64,000 bases of DNA from Phoronis australis. Its lineage: Eukaryota > Animalia > Phoronida. Every line of letters starts with the position of its first letter. The first letter of the stretch is position 1. The notes below the pieces were generated by a model. The model saw nothing but the letters and a program-made list of their open reading frames with translations. It had not been told where the DNA came from and ran no database searches. Both the position numbers and the translations under genes were made by a program. The stretch is taken from NCBI GenBank assembly GCA_002633005.1, contig NMRA01000056.1:1147521-1211520 (forward strand), written 5' to 3'. This document shows positions 40,000 through 53,402 of the stretch, piece by piece.

Positions 40000-40738
40000 T
40001 TGTACGACATTTGAATGTGCACTGCTCGCCAGGTGCCGTTAATTACAGGTGAATCCTGTTTGGCCTGTATGCCAGTGCGACCAATGAGCTATATACATAG
40101 TTATACTTATCTCATTGAGTGCGACCGTCGGGCTCCAAACTGGCAGTCGATTGACCTAAACATTTTCAAGGAAAATTTAAATACGCTTATATCTCAATGT
40201 TTGGTAGAATTTCTTGATAAGATAAAACTAATAATCTGAATTTAATTAGAGTTCCAAAATCAGTGAAACCGCTATATTCAAAAAAGCTCGAGACTTAAGT
40301 TTACGGTAATCTAAAACATAGAGTAAGCCCACAATATGTCTCTCAGCCAAGGACTGTCTATTCTGAATAGCTAGTGTTTTGGTAAAAATTGTTTGATTAT
40401 AATTAATTAATTAGTTAAATAGTTAGTCCCTCTCGTACGTCACTGAATTACACCGTGATCAGTTGTTCACCATGACAAGGAAAAATTGTGCGCCGCTTTT
40501 TGTGCGTATTTAGAAAATCAAACAAGTTACCTCAACTAGGCGCCACTTAATTGAATCCTAGTTCAAAGATACGTACTTGAGAAAAAATTGCCAAAATTTG
40601 GCCACAGTTCGGAACATCATTTCTCATGGCTGATCAGATTCAAATCAACTTACTTTCAGATATTAGATACTGGTCATCGATTCTCCCGTTAAGAATTACT
40701 CCACTTTCGCATGGGGGACTATAAAAAATATGACTTAT

Positions 40739-41698
40739 CAGTGGCGGATCCAGGATTTTGAGTTAGGGGGGTTGGGAGGGGGCAGGGCAGAGCCGNAAAA
40801 TCAAAAAATTGTATAAAACTAAAGCAGACTGATAATTTAGAAAAATGTAACAGAGTTTATTCTTATATCAAATGAAAGTTGGTCATATTATTGATATTAC
40901 TGTTTTACTATCGATACACCTTTCTTTTTTGTTAATTTTTAGCAAAAAGTCATGGTCACTCTACAGTCTTTCTACTTTCAGTAAATATGTAGCCCACTTT
41001 TATTAAGTTAAAATCCCGATCCATAATTTTCTTAATACACATACTTGTGGATAAGGTTTTACACAATCGGTTCTGACCTGTCCGATAAGGTGTTGCGGCA
41101 TTTTTTTCAAAAAGAAAAAGTCTCATGCCGCATTTTGAAATCTGGCAGCTACAAATGAAGGTGCATTTCAACAGTGATACCCAAACATTTTATCTTTTTT
41201 TCGAAATGGATTAGAAGCTGACGTCCTTCGTGTAAATGAGTTTTTTTCATTTTTGACATCATAATCATCCTCACTGTCCACACCGAAATCGTGTAACAAA
41301 TGTTAACATTTAAAGAATTCTAAACCAATCACAAGGGTGGCAATCTAAGCCTACCCATGTGTTTCAAATGACTTGCTAGAGAGCGGATGGGACTCACGTC
41401 CAAGGAGATTCCGCCGCGAGTATGGTGAAGTTTCATGTGGTGAACGGTTTCGCGGAGAGAAAGGGTAAGTGTTCCTCTTAGTCTTGTGTATCTGGTACTG
41501 TTTAAAGCGTTATAACATTTGGTACCAAATTGCGTATTCGAAACTGTTGGCAGAGGCGGATTTAGAGAGGTGGGGCGAGGCTCCCTAAAATTATTCCAGA
41601 TTCCATTTAGCAGTTGGGGAGTGCGAATGTCTGACGGGCAAAATCCTGGCCAATATTCTGCCCTGCCACACAAACTCAAAATCCTGGATCCGCTCCTG
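40739..41698. mobile_element. hAT-like non-autonomous element or paired termini
   Basis: cagtggcggatccaggattttgagtt vs reverse complement of aactcaaaatcctggatccgctcctg (21 contiguous matches); no 8-bp TSD; an N at 40796 means continuity is uncertain. Confidence 0.6.
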
Positions 41699-43671
41699 AA
41701 AACTCCTTTAAACGGGCAAGCGCGGCCTATGCTATTGAGAATTATAAAGACAACCGTGTAAGAAAATGCCACCCATCAAGGATCATAATGTCTAATGACA
41801 TGGGGAGTACTAGTTTTTAGATGACTCCTGCCTTCAACTTGGAAGACTGACACTCATGGTTTAGCAGGTGACGGAACCAGGATTGGTCGAAATCATCAAA
41901 ACAGGATTTAGTTTCCAACAAAAGCAATTTCACCCCACTTCTAGGCTAAGTTAAGAAAGAAACCCACAGCTGCTCTACAATGAACCCTAAAACGAAAGGA
42001 GAGGTTCCACACAAATCATGAACCAGTAGCATTGCATGGGGCCCAAAATGTCCCTTAGACAGAGTTGCTCCAATTCACCACTACACACAAACACTCCTGA
42101 CAGTGGAGGTCACACAATATAAGAATCACAACAAACCCAATGGATAAAACATTTATTTTCATCAGTACAGCATGCGAACAATGATAAATTTTTGAAAAAT
42201 CAACTGTGAATCAGACAACACCTAGTATGCTACACCTCAAACCTATATTACTACTATGGATTATGGACGTTTTGGCAAAATGAGCCAGATGAAATTAATC
42301 CCCAGCCAGAGCTACACAAGCTATAAAGCAATCCTACAGCTTAGAGCCCCCAGACTTGTTGAGCACAGGGCTCCCCAGAGAAATCTTAATTAAAAGTGGT
42401 GCTGGCCTCAGGCATCACTAAAAGTCTCAGCAGATACTGGTAACAGGACTAACTCAATGGTAAATCTACGACTGTATCTGCAGGGATTTACTAATACAGA
42501 GTGGGATATTTCCAGTTTCACTACCAGAGGTCATTTACTAAAGGAGGATGGAGGATTGAAATGCCCCCCCCCCCATAAGATTTGCCAAAGCTATTTATGT
42601 CTTCAACACTAGAGTTAAAGATATGGTCAACNNTATCCCAGATTCCATTTGGCAGTTGGGGAGTGCGAATGTCTGACGGGCAAAATCGTGGCCAATATTC
42701 TGCCCTGCCACACAAACTCAAAATCCTGGATCCGCTCCTGAAAACTCCTTTAAACGAGCAAGCGCGGCCTATGCTATTGAGAATTATAAGACAACCGTGT
42801 AAGAAAATGCCACCCATCAAGGATCATAATGTCTAATCTGACATGGGGAGTACAAGTTTTTAGATGACTCCTGCCTTCAACTTGGAAGACTGACACTCAT
42901 GGTTTAGCAGGTGACAGAACCAGGATTGGTCGAAATCATCAAAACAGGATTTAGTATCCAACAAAAGCAATTTCACCCCACTTCTAGGCTAAGTTAAGAA
43001 AGAAACCCACAACTGCTCTACAATGAACCCTAAAACGAAAGGCGAGTTCCACACAAATCCTGAACCAGTAGCATTACATGGGGCCCAAAATGTCCCTTAG
43101 ACAGAGTTGCTCCAATTCACCACTACACACAAACACTCCTGACAGTGGAGGTCACACAATAAGAATCACAACAAACCCAATGGATAAAACATTTATTTTC
43201 ATCAGTACAGCATGCGAACAATGATAAATTTTTGAAAAATCAACTGTGAATCAGACAACACCTAGTATGCTACACCTCAAACCTATCTTACTACTATGGA
43301 TTATGGACGTTTTGGCAAAATGAGCCAGATGAAATTAATCCCCAGCCAGAGCTACACAAGCTATAAAGCAATCCTACAGCTTAGAGCCCCCAGACTTGTT
43401 GAGCACAGGGCTCCCCAGAGAAATCTTAACTAAAAGTGGTGCTGGCCTCAGGCATCACTAAAAGTCTCAGCAGATACTGGTAACAGGACTAACTCAATGG
43501 TAAATCTACGACTGTATCTGCAGGGATTTACTAATACAGAGTGGGCTATTTCCAGTTTCACTACCAGAGGTCATTTACTAAAGGAGGATGGAGGATTGAA
43601 ATGCCCCCCCCCCCATAAGATTTGCCAAAGCTATTTATGTCTTCAACACTAGAGTTAAAGATATGGTCAAC
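41592..43671. repeat. ~1.04-kb tandem duplication joined by NN (41592-42631 / 42634-43671)
   Basis: Near-identical copies with scattered SNPs and small indels. Confidence 0.95.
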
Positions 43672-43702
43672 CTTCTGACTACACAGAAACAGGTTTTTTA
43701 AT
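43192..43702 (-). terminator. Candidate RFX polyadenylation signals: ATTAAA (43697-43702) and AATAAA (43192-43197)
   Basis: Hexamers on the minus strand 1.9-2.4 kb after the stop, following a U-rich 3'UTR-like stretch. Confidence 0.35.
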
Positions 43703-43799
43703 ACAATTGACTTTCCTTACCATTACAAGATATACAGTGAGATAACAGGTTTTATAATACAATTGACTTTCCTTACCATTACAAGATATACAGCGAGAT
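43688..43799. repeat. Two-copy tandem repeat, 56-bp unit
   Basis: aacaggtttt.taatacaattgactttccttaccattacaagatatacag.gagat occurs twice. Confidence 0.9.
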
Positions 43800-45577
43800 A
43801 ACAATGCAATACGCACTAAATTAATTTAAAAAAAAACAACATGGATACAAATCACTTATTGGATGCCCAACAAAAAGTTAATGGATACACATTAGTCAAG
43901 TAACATCAACTTGACGAGGACGCGAGATTCTATAATTATAAGTGTTATTATAACTTGCAATAGCTCAATAATAAATGCGTCATTCAAACTTATTTACTAT
44001 ACAATTATACTCTCAACTCGAAGTAGACAAAAAAAATGAGCATACGTTGTCATACAGTTGTGCGTGGGCAAACTATACAGGTATAAAGTGTGACAATATA
44101 AACGTACACGTACAATGAAATCAACCTTCATTTCTACACTGCATATTATCATCATCCCAGGGGGTCTCCCATCGGAGACGCGAGTGCAAGCAAGCAGCTA
44201 AAACCAGTATGCTTTTTTGCAGATTTAGGTACAGAAATGGTCATCTTTTTGAGTCAGGTATTTCAATTTATAAGGGCGACTATTATCACCATTCTTAGGA
44301 TTGAAATGGGTATATTTTTTGACCTCATAAAGGCACACATGTACACATTTTTTTCTGAAGAAAATCCCCCAGTTATCACCAGCTGACTTTTAATCAGGTT
44401 GACCTTTCCTTCAAACAATCACAACTTTGAGCAATGCAACAACAAAGCCTTCACTTAACGTAACGAAAGAAAACTCCTGCAATAATGTCAGGCATACTAA
44501 GTGGCCGTCTCTGTGCATAATTTAAAGTAGGTGTCCAAAACGTCTAACATTCGATGAAAAAATGTCATTTAATACATGAATACATCTATGGATGGTGAAA
44601 AATGGCTTTTCTCCAGAAAACGGACTCCGTGGTCCGCATGTATGTCTATACTGGCGAACGCAGAGAACTCTACTGTGTCTCATCATGGCATACATAGCGC
44701 GCAACATGTTGAAACAAAACGTGACTAGATAATCTTCTCGTGTTCAACGCACCACCACCACAAAAACAAAAGGAAATATGAATAGAAAAGAAGAACAAAA
44801 CCGCAACATGTCGGCTTGTGAAGATATGTAGGGGTTGAGGAACAAAACTCAAAAAGTTTACAGATTTCACCAGAAACCCATCTCTTAAGTAACGGAGACT
44901 AATCGTTTCATAAAGCTACACAGAATCAAGGATTACAACGAAAAGTATGAGAAAACATAGAACACACACAACGAAAATCAGAATCCACACGATATTCCAA
45001 GAATCAGTAAAAAAAAACAACCAAAGCTATAAACCAAGCCACGAAGAGGTACAGTACAAGAGAAAAGTAATCAGATAGAATACCATTTTCCCCCATCATG
45101 ACGGCTAATTCAGGTAACAGCAAAACTGATTGGTAATAAATATTGAAGACTGGCTAGCCACCTTATTTTCTTTCCTCATTCCACTGCATTCTGGGTAATG
45201 ACGCATTCTGGGTAATGAGGGAAACCACCCTGATGATGAGTTTGACTTTTGCCGAGCCACCACGACGAGGAATTCTGTCATTTTGCCTGAATACTTTTAT
45301 ACTTTTGCCATGTACTGTACACCAAAATCAACAAAAAATTCAAGAAAACCGCTTGACCCACCAGGCACCATGTATGAAAGTTCTTGCAAACACTTTTTTC
45401 GAAATAAATTACTTCTACCTCCTTCTCTTACCCTGATGTATGAATATCACAGGGATATAAAATGACTTCTATTTTACAATAGCGAGCGAGAAAACTGCCG
45501 CTAGCAAGTGAGCCAATCCGGTCGCGAGCATACAGCGTCCCGAGTTTCACCACACCAGAACACGACACGCTTGGTCT

Positions 45578-45865
45578 TTACAATGTCTTCAACCGTTTCG
45601 CTGCTTGGCCGTCGCCGGAGCCTGCCGACACAGGGACAACAACGATGGTCTTGGCACCGTGTGAGGCACCGCCAGCAGTCAGCACTGTCACTGTTGTCGG
45701 GTTAGCATTGGTAGATGAGTTGACCAAGGACAGTGTTGCTGTTGAGGTTGGCCCAGCGGCCGTACCCTTAGCAACACTTGACACTGTTGTTGTGGCTGCC
45801 GCTGTGGCTGGTTTTGGCCGGCTCTCCAAAGTCCCTAGCGTTATGGCACTGCTTAGATCGATGAA
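45578..45865 (-). CDS. RFX: RFX last coding exon (FIDLSSAI...QAAKRLKTL*)
   Basis: tctgttccag|; phase 0 continues GE|F; Thr/Ala-rich tail, basic NLS-like end, TAA at 45578-45580. Confidence 0.85.
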   Translation of the reverse strand, partial: FIDLSSAITLGTLESRPKPATAAATTTVSSVAKGTAAGPTSTATLSLVNSSTNANPTTVTVLTAGGASHGAKTIVVVPVSAGSGDGQAAKRLKTL

Positions 45866-47848
45866 CTGGAACAGACAGAAGGGTAAAGGTCATGAAAAGG
45901 TAAAGGTCATGGAAAATCTGACTTACAGTTATGTAGGACCAGAGAAAAATGAGGAACTGTGCATGACTTTTTCATGAAAAAATTGCACAAAATGAAATGG
46001 TAACTTAGAAAACTGTAACAGTATTTTTATGGTTTGAAAATTTGTATTAAATGAAATTTAGTCATGTTATAGATACAGTTGTTTTGCTTTGACTGTACTT
46101 TTCCTTTTCCATAAATTTTACTAAAAAACATCTGGGCCATGACCCAATTAATGGGGAGATTGGTATTAAGTCAAAATTCAAATTCTACAGGCTTTCTACT
46201 CACAAATTAACTATATTTTACTTATTTAAAACATAGTTTTGTTTTAATTTTTTTTGACAAATACAGAGTTGTGGATAACCTTCAGTTCAATGCAAACCCC
46301 AACAGAGCAATCATGTCACTATGGATCACAAAACTGTGATGAACCAAGCAAGGAAGAGGACTATCCTTCAGTGAAAGTAAAAAACATTCAACAAATTTTT
46401 TAAGGTGCAACCATGCTATTTCCAGGCACAAGTTACGTGGCTTGGTCATCAAGGTATGTCAACAGCGTAAACGTGAGGAAAGGACGAGGGTTCTTCAGAC
46501 GCGATTCAAATGCCCATAACAGTAACGAATGTATGTAACAAATGTAAGTACGCACCATTACACTCCAGCTAAAAAACACCAAGACTTATAACTGCACTAC
46601 GCCCTGTTCAGCTGACTAGTAAAAACAAAAATGGAATTTGGCCCTTTACTCTCTTAAAATCGTTCCTGTAATATTCCTTACCCTGATAACATCTCATTCC
46701 CGTCACCAACTCAAGACACAGGTAATGCGTAAATGAGCAATTTTTGAATTTGCAATTTCAGCGTTGGTCAACCCCAATTAACTCTGAAGCGTTTTCTTGA
46801 GTCGCTGATGGTTTCCATGTTCTTGTTTGCACCCAAAAAGGAATCCTATCACGGTGAGGAATATTTAGACATCAATCCCACGAGAGCTAACAACCTTCCA
46901 TTATCGTTTCTAGTCAAGTTAATGTTGCGAAATGTAGCTTTAGATCAGTCACACAAAGACGTGCGAGTTCAACTGATCCGAGCATTATACAAGACATGCA
47001 ATGACATAAACCAAAAAACTTCACATAGGGCGATTATCACTCAGTCATGCTAAGTGAAACGACAAGATGTCTCGTGAGTGAACAAATAACATTTTAACAC
47101 GACTAACATGCAGGTTACTGTGTCAATTACTCATAGGACGCGAACGGAATCCGGGGGTTCTCCCTCAACAAGGTTGGGTATCTGTACACCATCAATGCTT
47201 TTTTCTTCAATTTTGACGGTTTTTCAGCAATTTTCATATTGAAATGGGTATTTAGTTCTGAAATGGGGCACCGACATGAAACCTGGTTGTGAACTGAGGT
47301 ATAGTTACAGCTGATGTGGCTATATATTTGGGAAATCTGTACACCGACATGCCCGGCACTTTCCAAATCTTAGAGACCACTTTTTATCCCTGAGGTGCAC
47401 CCAAACTATTGTGTGCAAGAAATCCCCCAGGAGAACGCAATACTTCCACGTCGCGTTGTAATAAGTATATGAAGAAACTTAAATTTTATTGATGGTATCT
47501 AAAGGATCCCCCTATTCACCATCCTTTTCGTAAACTCAGCAAGCCCCACATGCCCCTCCCACAACTCAGTGGAGACTTGAAGTATCACAGTCTATTGAGA
47601 ACAAGTGACAGCTGGGCTGCATGCCATACGCAGGTATGTGCAATGGTTCCTATGACAGATACTGTAACTGATACCAAAATGAGAATACCATGAAAGGCAG
47701 TTGGTGTCTCAAATGATTCGCTGAAAACTGAATGATGGCCAATTTGATATCTCCAATGCTGTCAACTGTGACAAGAAACAAAGCCTGCCTTGCAGAAATC
47801 AAGTTCATAAAGATGCCACAACTTTGTGTTCACAATGCGGTCACCGCC

Positions 47849-47930
47849 TCATTAAAAAGGCCAGCCAATGTGCAATACGTAGCTGTGCTTTTGTAGACAA
47901 AAACTTGTGACGTGAGCATGCTGATCACAC

Positions 47931-47968
<38 letters not shown>

Positions 47969-48501
47969 CCAAAATGCAAGGAAGTGCAACTATAAATCTT
48001 GAGCAGCTTATTCAGATCACTGAATTAGGAATAAAAACTCCTTAGTAAGTGTTACACTCTAACAAATCCAAGCTGAAGTCAGTGAAAACACCACACATAT
48101 CCGAGTTCTTAGTTTGTTTTAGTACCAGTATTCGGTATCTAACAAGTATCAATAACAGTATCAGTATCAGTATNTCATTAAAAAGGCCAGCCAATGTGCA
48201 ATATGTAGCTGTGCTTTTGTAGCCAAAAAATTTAAGGCGTGAGCATGCTGATCGCACTTAATAACAATAATAATAATAATAATAATAATCCAAAATGCAG
48301 CTCTGAAGGAAGTGCAACTATAACTCTTGAGCAGCTTATTCAGATCACTGAATTAGGAATAAAAACTCCTTAGTAAGTGTTACACTCTAACAAATCCAAG
48401 CTGAAGTCAGTGAAAACACCACACATATCCGAGTTCTTAGTTTGTTTTAGTACCAGTATTCGGTATCTAACAAGTATCAATAACAGTATCAGTATCAGTA
48501 T
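47849..48501. repeat. ~325-bp tandem duplication joined by N (47849-48173 / 48175-48501), each with an (AAT)n microsatellite
   Basis: Near-identical copies; (AAT)12 at 47933-47968 vs a shorter interrupted tract in copy 2. Confidence 0.95.
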
Positions 48502-49918
48502 CAATACCAACAGATTTTTAATCCTGCAACCCAATCCTACATGTGAAGCAGGCTTCATGCCAGGAAAGTGAGATCAAGCAAAACCATGCGAAGGCAATTC
48601 CACAGTATTTGTCCCTTCTGTTACACACAAAATTATTGGGGAATTCATTTCCACTAAGCTCTACAGGGAGGGAGACTTTGTCACATCTTCACTATAAGGA
48701 GACAAAAAATGCAGTAGGTTAGAACAACAAATCGAACGGATACTCGATGTTGTTTTCTAGTAACGGAGGGGGCATGTGCTGTGGATTTTTTTACCCACTA
48801 GTGAAAGATAACTGTCTCCCAAGTACACTCGCGATTTTACAAGCGACAACTACCCAAAAGACCATTGCTGAAACGATTGGTCGGCGAGGCAGAAATGTTG
48901 ACTTATGAGAGATAATTCACAGGTTCTGTTCCACAAGTGAAGATTTCTCTTTGCAAATGTCTTGTGTGTCTTGCATTACAGAACGTGCCAGAGGTATCAT
49001 CATCACCACATGACCAGTCACCAGTTGAAAAAGTAACGCTTCATTTCAATGATGCTATAGATCAAATTTTTTTACGTTATATCAGCAACGATGTTGTTCA
49101 TTTGAGACCAGTACCCAAGACAGATTGGAACCCACGATCTCAGCAGTCGTAGTCAAACATTAGCCGAGTATTTTAAGCATATTAAACTCATGTCACTGAT
49201 TTCAATTTCAGTTAATCTCACCGAATGACTAACAGTCAAATGCGGGAATCTGAAATTTCTAATAAAATCCTAACTAGTTTTGTTATTTTATAGCTGTGAC
49301 CAAAGCTAATAACTTCAAGAGGTCGCACTATCAAAAATGTGTTTTTGGCATTTCGACCGATGATGTCCCTTTAACTCGTTCACAGAACTGAGAATCCTTA
49401 AAGACATTTCACAGTGAGATGGACACCATGTTGTTGGCTTCGGAAAAACAAACAATAAAACGTGCCTGCAGAGTATGACACAGCAACCTCGAGAGGAACA
49501 AAAAGCTAACACGGTACGGTCTGATAACTTCCTGCGCCAACAGTTTGGAGGACGGGATCTTTTTGTTATTTTCATTATCAACCTAGTGTTTTATGTCCCG
49601 CCCTTTGATAACAGTTGAACCGTGTAATAACTTTATGAAAGCAAATCAACTTACACACGCTACTGTTGGCTTGAAACATTAAAAGTATAAAAAATAGGTT
49701 CATTACAACACGGCTCGACTGTACAATGCACTTCAGTCAGGTATTTTAAGCAAATATTATTTGCAAAGTAAGCACATGCTGTCACATCTCATGGACAAAG
49801 CCCAGACCAATACCGGCTTAGCTTCTTTTGTACAGACATTATTCGTTAGAACAAAGGATGTAAACACGACACTCTCGAGCCCCCGGTGTGGCCCAGCGTG
49901 ACGAGGTACCTGTCTGAC

Positions 49919-50072
49919 CTCGCCCATGACGGCGATGGGCGTATCGCCGGTTGCCGCGGCGACCTTGTGCTCGACCAGGTAGAACATGTACTCGTCGTAG
50001 AGTAGACGGATCAGGTGGAATGAACCGAAGCTGGCGGCGCTGCGTAAAGTCAGGTCACGGATCACCATGGAG
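49919..50072 (-). CDS. RFX: RFX coding exon 12 ([20 protein letters not shown]...PIAVMGE)
   Basis: tgccag| ... |gtcaga; 154 nt. Confidence 0.95.
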
Positions 50073-50524
50073 CTGGCAGACAGAAGAGAATGACACGTTT
50101 TGATAATAGCACTGATCATAACTTTTCATATCTGAAGTCTACCACTAACTACTCACAGTCAACAGCTGAGACATTATAGCTACTCTAAATCAAAGATCAC
50201 AATTAGGGAAATTCAGAGAGACAGACTCCATGGTCACTATATGGCTGTTTCTGAAGGAGTCCCTTTATAATACCATAACAGGGTGAAAACAGAAAGCCAT
50301 TCACCAACATGGGGGTGATCAGAGATAAGTGTGCCCCTGCACATGGATACATTTTTCCAACTGAGCCATAGCTTCACTAGCGCTACCTAGTGAATTTCTA
50401 CAATGTTTAGAGCAGAATTTCCTTAACAACAGGACTTGACGAGACAAAAGGACAATTTTGCCCTTCAACGCAAAAGCTTCACTATAGAACCATGTAGCTC
50501 CCATGAACAGGGTCATTATCTCAC

Positions 50525-50733
50525 CTGTAAAATGACCACTTGAGCAAGAACTGGCGTGCCGCCTTGGGGAAGTTGTCACTGCCTTCGTGTGGCTTTAGCA
50601 CCTGGTTGACGACGGCCTCCAGCCAGACGGCCCACTGCTCCAAGGAGTTCTGCTGTTGCAGCGTCGCCTTGAAGTCCTGCTCCAGCTGGGTCACCGTCGT
50701 GTCCTCGCACTGGCACACCCAAGACGCCTGCTC
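50525..50733 (-). CDS. RFX: RFX coding exon 11 (EQASWVCQC...FLLKWSFY)
   Basis: tgacag| ... |gtgaga; 209 nt; dimerisation domain. Confidence 0.95.
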
Positions 50734-51462
50734 CTGTCAATCACAAGAAGAATTGCATTAAGTAGTCCTACCATAGTGTGCAAGAAGTGGTGTCAAGCAG
50801 ACTTGGATTTGCATATTGTTGCACGCCCACGAATGGGGGGTGCTAACTGTGAATGGACGTGCTCCTGTCCATCATAAGAATAATTAGCATAAAGGAGTGG
50901 TTTTATCATAGCGCATAGTAAAGCTGTTAAGCAGGGCTGGATGTGCATGGTTGAGAAGTGGCATACGCTAAACTAACATTGACACATGGGCAGCACAACA
51001 TAGAAAAAACGCAGTGCTTGCTCCTGTAGGTCGGAACACTTGAATAAGGTGGGTTGCTAACAATTATCATGTAATGACCCAGAAATGGTGCACACAAACT
51101 AAAGAGGTCATTATGTTGAACTTGGCATACATAATGATAAACCCATGTAGTCTACTCCCCAATAATAAGCCAAACAGCACGGACGAGCCCTAGAGTCAAG
51201 GTATAGGGTATATCAATCAGAAATGAATTTTGCATACATTCGCACATCCCTCCAGGGTCAACAGGACACTATTGCGTTTATTCACTTGAATGTCAAAGAC
51301 TAACCAGAAATTATTGAAGGGCCTATGTAAATTGTTCTTGTTAATCAGAAAAAATCGGCGTAGAGTCCAACTCCCACAAAAATTGCTCCTGCTGACAAGA
51401 ATATGTGAATGGCCAGTTGAGCATATTTTCGAACACGAAAGGGGACATGCTCCTCAACATAC

Positions 51463-51710
51463 CTGTACATTTGCGAAATCCACGCGGTTCAAATCTGTCA
51501 GCATCTGAGTGATCTGAGACGTGTTCTGCAAGACGGCGCGCGCTGCCTGCGCCAGGTGGTTTAGTGATGTGTATCGGCGTAGCGTCTGGGCGAAGGCCAC
51601 TACCGCACCCGTCTTTGTCTTCACCATCTCGTCAGGTACACCTTTCATGGCACCTTTTAGCCAGTTTTCTAAGCTCTTGGCAAAGTTACGCACGGCCTGC
51701 GTCAGTGAAC
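51463..51710 (-). CDS. RFX: RFX coding exon 10 (SLTQAVRNFAKSLE...DLNRVDFANVQ)
   Basis: ctgtag| ... |gtatgt; 248 nt. Confidence 0.95.
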
Positions 51711-52109
51711 CTACAGGTAGTAGTGGAGGTAATGCGCTGAATGTTCAACAGTCCAGTGAATTAAAAACAGAAAAACACTGTGCTTGGCAAAATGACAGAG
51801 TTGCAAGCTCCAATGCCAACAAGACTGAAACCAGTTCACTTAGAACTGTAACAGTGCAATTCAAAAACTGTCCCTCATCACTGTCTCAATGCAGGTTTGA
51901 AATTGTGTAGATTTTTTGAATTTCTATGACATTTAATACGCACTTAAAGTTTGAACTTCTATTTCAAGCAATTACAGTGCAAATTGTTTGTCAGTTATGG
52001 AAAAGTATTTAACTGCAACCCAGTAAATACATCTCACGACAAAATATGGGCCACTACATATTAGATATTCCAAGCACTATACCACACAGGAGTGATCAAG
52101 GACACCTAC

Positions 52110-52347
52110 TGGGTATGGGTCGCAGTACGTCGGGGATGAGCACTTCGACAAGCGCCTGGTAGAACTGGTAGTCTGAGCGGCGCACATACTGCTGGACCGG
52201 CGTGTACCGGCAGAGCGCCAGTAGGCGGTCCTTGGACAGCTTGGCCTCGAACTCGTCTAGCTGGTCGGGCGCTGGGTTACGCCAGAACCCTTGCCACAGG
52301 GCCTCGATTAGCGAGAACTGTAGGTTCACCACCACGTCCAGGATGGC
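52110..52347 (-). CDS. RFX: RFX coding exon 9 (AILDVVVNLQF...LIPDVLRPIP)
   Basis: tcacag| ... |gtaggt; 238 nt; B and C domains. Confidence 0.94.
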
Positions 52348-52890
52348 CTGTGAACGAGGAGAGAGAAGGATAAATGGAGGACATAGAACGACAAGAAGAA
52401 ATGAGCGAGTGAGAAAGAACAAAGAAGACAAGTAGGGATTACACATTTAATTTATTGAAGAAAAATGGAGATTAAAAAATCTGTTGGAAGTTGCTTCTAA
52501 CAACAAACAACTCATATTTAAAATGATGTAGACCACTTTACAGTAACAGGGCTCAACACTTAACAACTCGCCACATGCAACATGGCTAAATTCACCAAAC
52601 CATAACCAAGGTCGCCAAAACAAGCAAACCCCATACAACGACACTCAGCGACGTCCTCTTCCGAATGTTGCTGAACTCTGTCCATTTACTTCCTATATTA
52701 TTTGAGTGCATGCTCGGGCTTGTGCGTGACAACTTCGTGGCGAAGTAGGAATTTTTAGCAGATCGCCAAACAAAATCTGAGATCACATTGGCGACATCGT
52801 GGCGACCTAGGATTTTTAGCACGTCGCCAAAGTGATCCCTGAGTAAACTCCTGAAAACATATAAGCCCTGCAACTTGCCCCTGCACTTAC

Positions 52891-53125
52891 CTCACAGTGG
52901 TCTTTGTAAAGCTTCTGGAATGTACGCAAGTGTTCTTGCGTGATACCGTCCGGTAGTGGATGGCCGGATGTGTCGATGCTGCCAAAGTTGGGTATAGCGC
53001 CGGAGGCGTCGCCTAGGAACTGTTGATGCTGCTGCTGCTGGGTCGTGACCTCCGAGTGACCAGAGCCCGAGTTGGAGCCGTCGACGCCCGCCTCCTCATA
53101 CTTGACAGACGAGGCCGGCCTGAAA
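52891..53125 (-). CDS. RFX: RFX coding exon 8 (FRPASS...QHQQFLGDASGAIP...YKDHCE)
   Basis: gtctag| (or in-frame tttcag| at 53119) ... |gtaagt; 235 nt. Confidence 0.9.
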
Positions 53126-53285
53126 CTAGACACAATAGGCATCACGTATGACTTCGCAAAGGAACATAGCTCAACACTTCATGGGCCAACTGAAATACAT
53201 TTGGCGATTGAATTCATAGAGGAGCAACACTGAGACTTAAATTTGTACTTGCAGAGAAACAGGTCAGCATTAACTGCAGGCTTAC

Positions 53286-53402
53286 CGTTTGCCCTGGTTG
53301 ATGGGCTGCTGTCTCATAGCCATGGTCTGGTCGTCGCTGAACTGGTTCAGCGGGGATGTTGGCTTGATGCGGATACCGTAGTAGTGGTATTTAGAGTTGC
53401 CC
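53286..53402 (-). CDS. RFX: RFX coding exon 7 (GNSKYHYYGIRIKPTSPLN...QGKR)
   Basis: ttccag| ... |gtaagc; 117 nt; end of DBD. Confidence 0.95.

Noticed and set aside
41329-42836. Paired similar ORFs on both strands (41329, 41519, 42521, 42582)
   Set aside because: Arise from the N-joined duplication and transposon terminus; no coding signature
48042-48571. Duplicated ILILILLL-rich ORFs
   Set aside because: Low-complexity (cagtat)n inside the duplicated block
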